From Schmidtea nova (lineage: Eukaryota), in the NCBI GenBank assembly GCA_044892505.1, contig CM097882.1, forward strand, positions 202,442,192-202,494,000: DNA of 51,809 bases. Reading direction: 5' to 3'. The stretch's first letter is position 1. The number at the start of each line of letters is the position of its first letter. The notes under the pieces were generated by a model. It had not been told where the DNA came from, made no database searches, and saw nothing but the letters and a program-made list of their open reading frames with translations. Position numbers and translations under genes: made by a program. Positions 48,635-51,809 of the stretch are shown one piece after another.

Positions 48635-49102
48635 TGGCCTGCTGGGCTTTCCAGTCAGCACCTTTAATCTCACCTTTTATCTCGATCTTTGTTTCTCTCA
48701 ACTTCACTCATTATCTCATTAGCCTGCTGGGTTTTCCAGTCAGCGCTTTTAATCTCCCCTTTTACTTCTGCTTCATTATTCTCGACCTCAATTGTCGTTT
48801 CATTAGCCTGCTGGGTTTTCCAGTCAGCGCTCTTATTACTCTCCATTTATCTCTTTACTGTCGACTTTTAACTGCTCTTTACTCCGATGATCATCACTTT
48901 TGACCTGCTGGGTCTTCCAGTCAGCGTCCTCAATTTTACCACTTTATTATCACTCCCTTTTATTCTCTCGATCTTTCCTGATCGTTATCATTGACCTGCT
49001 AGGTTTTCTAGCTAGCGTCTTTACCACTTTACCTGTCTTAACAAACCGGTTTCATTTTACTCCCGTCGAATCTCATGGTCTGCTGGGTTTTCCAGTCAGC
49101 AC
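48635..49102 (-). repeat. Array of six conserved ~27-nt hairpin motifs (GCUGACUGGAAAACCCAGCAGG), ~85-95 bp period
   Basis: Copies near 48635, 48721, 48805, 48901, 48992 (degenerate) and 49076; spacers far more diverged than the motif. Confidence 0.85.
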
Positions 49103-49420
49103 CCTTCACTTACTCACTTTACTTTGCTACTCCTCCTTGTATGCATACTTTAACATCATTAGGCCACATAATCAGCTTTACTCGCATTTATCAATACCCA
49201 GGTGCGCACCTTCAACTCTCTCGTTATTAATTCGGTTTCTTTCAACCCTTATTCCTCATTATTCATTTTCACTATTCATCATTTATCCTCATTATCAATT
49301 ATTCGTCTCTATTATCGCTTATTGATCTTCACTATCCGGATAGTTTTATGCTTTATTTAGTCCTCATCTGCCTCACTTCGTCGTCTTTCTCGTGGGCTTT
49401 TACTCAATATTTTATTTCGA

Positions 49421-50015
49421 ACGAGAACTATGCTCACTGCTGAGAACTATGCTCACTAACGAGAACTATGCTCAATGACGAGAACTATGCTCAATGACGA
49501 GAACTATGCTCACTGACGAGAACTATGCTCACTGACGAGAACTATGCTCACTGACGAGAACTATGCTCAATGACGAGAACTATGCTCAATGACGAGAACT
49601 ATGCTCACTGACGAGAACTATGCTCAATGACGAGAACTATGCTCACTGGCAAAACATGGTTGTTATGAGGGTTTTGCCTACTGATGGAAACTCTTTGCTC
49701 CGGGGGCTATGCTCCCCGATGAGAACTATGCTCACTGATGGTGACTACAGGAATTATGTTTCCTGATGAGAACTAAGCTCACTACGATGATTATGTTTAT
49801 TTCTGAGAACTACGCTCACTGATGAGGACTATGTTCGCTGGTCTTGTGTTTATTACTGAGAACTCTGCTCACTACGAGAACTATGCTCACTATGGTGTTG
49901 TGTTTTATGACGAGACCTACGCTCACTAGGATGTTATGTTTTATGACGAGACCTATGCTCACTATGATGTTATTTTTATGACGAGACCTATGCTCACTAT
50001 GAGACCTATGCTCAC
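49421..50015. repeat. 19-bp tandem repeat (GACGAGAACTATGCTCAMT), ~12 clean units to ~49650, then degenerate expanded units
   Basis: Directly visible; internal GAG-N7-CTC dyad. Confidence 0.9.
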
Positions 50016-50709
50016 GAACGAAAACTCGAAATATCATCTCTCAGTGGTTGCATGTGTTGCTTCGGGATGTTCCTCCCATTGGTCACTTATGCTTCTTCGG
50101 AGAATCTATTGTCGCGTTTCGTTAAGTTCTATCTTTCAAGAACTATGGGCAAATCCTTTCTCTTTAGGACCCCTTTTATCATTTCCTTTCTTTCAAGGAT
50201 TTCCTTTAACCTCGAGTTTTCCATTTACTCGGTTCATCTGTTATACCCCTTTATTCTATTATCTATTCGTCGACTTCTCTACTTGATTTTACTTTATGCG
50301 AGCTGATTACGTGCCTTTCCTCATATACCACATTTATCCCCTTTTATTATTCATTTCCTCATTCTCCTTCTCTACTGATCAGTTTATCATCCTATTTTTA
50401 TAGTTTTTCTGCGCGCGCCTAAACCTCATTGGGTTGTCCTTACCTTTCACCCCAACCAAAATATATAAAAAGATCGCATTGGTCCACCGATGCACGATGT
50501 GGTGATCAGTCACATCACAAGGGTTTTCCAATATCCGCGATTGGCCCCTTTCTACACATCTCGGGTAAGTTGATCAGTTGGTTCCCCCCAATGGGTGCTT
50601 ATCGGACTACTCGTGAGTAGCTCATTATTACTTAGGTCATTTTTACCAAATCATCTTTAAACCCTCATAATTTCAATAACAACTGCACTTGTTCAAAACT
50701 TTATTTCTA

Positions 50710-51168
50710 TTACAAGTACACTGTTATTTTCTCGGATACGGGAAGGTTGCACATAGGACATCGTTCGTTTATTTTACAGTCATTACAGAATCGAAAATGC
50801 CCACACGGCAACAACATTATCTGTATCTTATTCATTTCACAGATATAACACGTCAGGTACTGTTTCGTATATTCGGTTGTTAGTCTTGTCCACTCATCGT
50901 GTTTTGTTGTTAACTGTTGCTCTAGCCTGTGGCACTCGATATTCATTTCAGGGTTGTTTAATCTTTCTCTGTACCATTTGTATCGCGTTGTTGTATCCAC
51001 TGTTATCTTATTCTCGCTTATGCTCATCATCATTTCGGCTCTTTCTGTGTTGTTTGTCGGTTCGTGGTATCCTTCTACCTCGAGTCGTCTTAACTTCCTC
51101 ATTATTGTCTCCACTGTTTCGTTGTTTGTTTCGAAAAACGTTTGCATTTCTTTTATTTTGTTCTCCAT
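50710..51168 (-). CDS. 152-aa protein: coiled coil plus C-terminal IAP/MDM2-type RING (C3HC4), no BIR
   Basis: CYICEMNKIQIMLLPCGHFRFCNDCKINERCPMCNLPVSEKITVYL-stop; acceptor TTCATTCAG 3 nt before ATG; AATAAA at 50700-50705. Confidence 0.85.
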   Translation of the reverse strand: MENKIKEMQTFFETNNETVETIMRKLRRLEVEGYHEPTNNTERAEMMMSISENKITVDTTTRYKWYRERLNNPEMNIECHRLEQQLTTKHDEWTRLTTEYTKQYLTCYICEMNKIQIMLLPCGHFRFCNDCKINERCPMCNLPVSEKITVYL

Positions 51169-51701
51169 CCCCTGAATGAATTACCGTTAATTTCTGTCGA
51201 TCTTTATTTATTATTTATTATTTCTATTCTATGGTAGCCCTACTGTTCGCTTTCTGTTGTTCTGTTTTGCGTCGTTACTTGCGTATCCCCCCGTGTTCTT
51301 GAATGTCGCCCCGACATGATCATTGCTAGTTGCTCACACTCATACCATTTTCATGCACGCTTTTCAGCATACTTTTACCTCACGTCATGCATACTTTTCA
51401 TCACTTTTCGTACTGTTATTCCACATATTATTCCTCATACTTCATTCATCCCCATACTTACATTCCATTATCATTCATACTTTCATTCTCATGCATACTT
51501 TCATCACGTTCATCAATCTCATTATTTTACACTCATACTTTTATTTATTATTTTTCAACCCGATTCATTCTTGCTTCAGGACCCTCAAACCCTCTATTAT
51601 TTACTTTACTTTTCCTCGCTAAATTCAATTCCATCCCGGTTCAGGCGCTCTAACACTGTCCGCAGATATCGAATTCAATTTTTCCCACAAAGATCGATTT
51701 A

Positions 51702-51719
51702 ATCCCGGCTGAGCCCCCA
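51702..51719 (-). promoter_or_regulatory. Primer binding site, tRNA-Pro
   Basis: TGGGGGCTCAGCCGGGAT, 6 nt inside the 5' LTR edge; 16/18 identical to the MLV tRNA-Pro PBS TGGGGGCTCGTCCGGGAT. Confidence 0.9.
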
Positions 51720-51725
51720 AATTTA

Positions 51726-51809
51726 TGCTGGTGTGTTGGTTAGATTGACAACTGAGATCCTTATGATTTTATACGTTAGGGTGATCTCGCCAACATAAAA
51801 ACATTTTCC
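51726..51809 (-). repeat. 3' end (U5) of the 5' LTR, truncated by the window
   Basis: 84/84 identical to 25588-25671. Confidence 0.95.

Larger units (their letters stand above)
25588..51809 (-). mobile_element. Giant Ty3/Gypsy LTR retroelement (Burro-like, ~29.4 kb inferred), 5' LTR cut by the window edge
   Basis: Direct repeat 25588-25671 = 51726-51809 (84/84 identical); PBS next to the 5' LTR; PR-RT-RH-IN order typical of Ty3/Gypsy; internal region 28839-51725 (22,887 bp). Confidence 0.95.

Noticed and set aside
48635-49102. CRISPR-like repeat-spacer array
   Set aside because: The spacers resemble each other (a diverged tandem unit), the context is a eukaryotic retroelement, and there are no cas genes.
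49421-49830. Hammerhead ribozyme suggested by CTGA(C/T)GAG followed by a small stem
   Set aside because: The required GAAA after stem II and stems I/III are missing, and the motif is on the antisense strand of the element.
29988-51702. Many plus-strand ORFs of 60-200 aa overlapping the element
   Set aside because: Antisense shadows of purine-rich coding sequence (F/L/S-rich), with no motifs.

Overview
AT-rich eukaryotic (invertebrate) DNA, most likely from a planarian/flatworm (inferred from the element type, not proven), with four N gaps (4164-4431, 6431-6696, 18945-19286, 22374-22506). The right half (25588 to the window end, minus strand) is a giant Ty3/Gypsy LTR retroelement of about 29.4 kb if both LTRs are the same length. 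It has a 3251-bp 3' LTR (25588-28838), the last 84 bp of an identical 5' LTR (51726-51809) and a tRNA-Pro PBS. Its size matches the giant 'Burro' Gypsy elements described in the Schmidtea mediterranea genome. The internal region holds one 15.4-kb reading frame (48262-32867, 5132 codons) with no frameshift and only four in-frame stops. Its order is Gag (3 CCHC), three ubiquitin-like domains, AT-hook, Bcl-2-like domain, signal peptide plus chuvirus-like class III fusion glycoprotein plus TM, PR-RT-RH-IN, ankyrin repeats, and an FN3-like ectodomain plus TM. So Env sits between Gag and Pol. Separate accessory ORFs encode an IAP-type RING protein, a full-length TRAF, two coiled-coil proteins and a small type I membrane protein. 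Two more genes lie inside the LTR itself, one with Rev-like features. All nine stand-alone ORFs (including the copies in a solo LTR) have a YAG splice acceptor 1-7 nt before their ATG, and the short spacers carry AATAAA and TGTAAATA motifs. This points to a complex-retrovirus-like or operon-like expression system carrying an apoptosis/NF-kB toolkit. A diverged solo LTR of a sister family (12920-~16001, plus strand) interrupts a nuclear-receptor pseudogene and shows purifying selection on the LTR genes and on a structured U5 RNA. The rest of the window is decayed TE material: a Gypsy pol remnant, hAT and piggyBac-like MITEs, a Polinton-type PolB fragment, a minisatellite and fold-back repeats.
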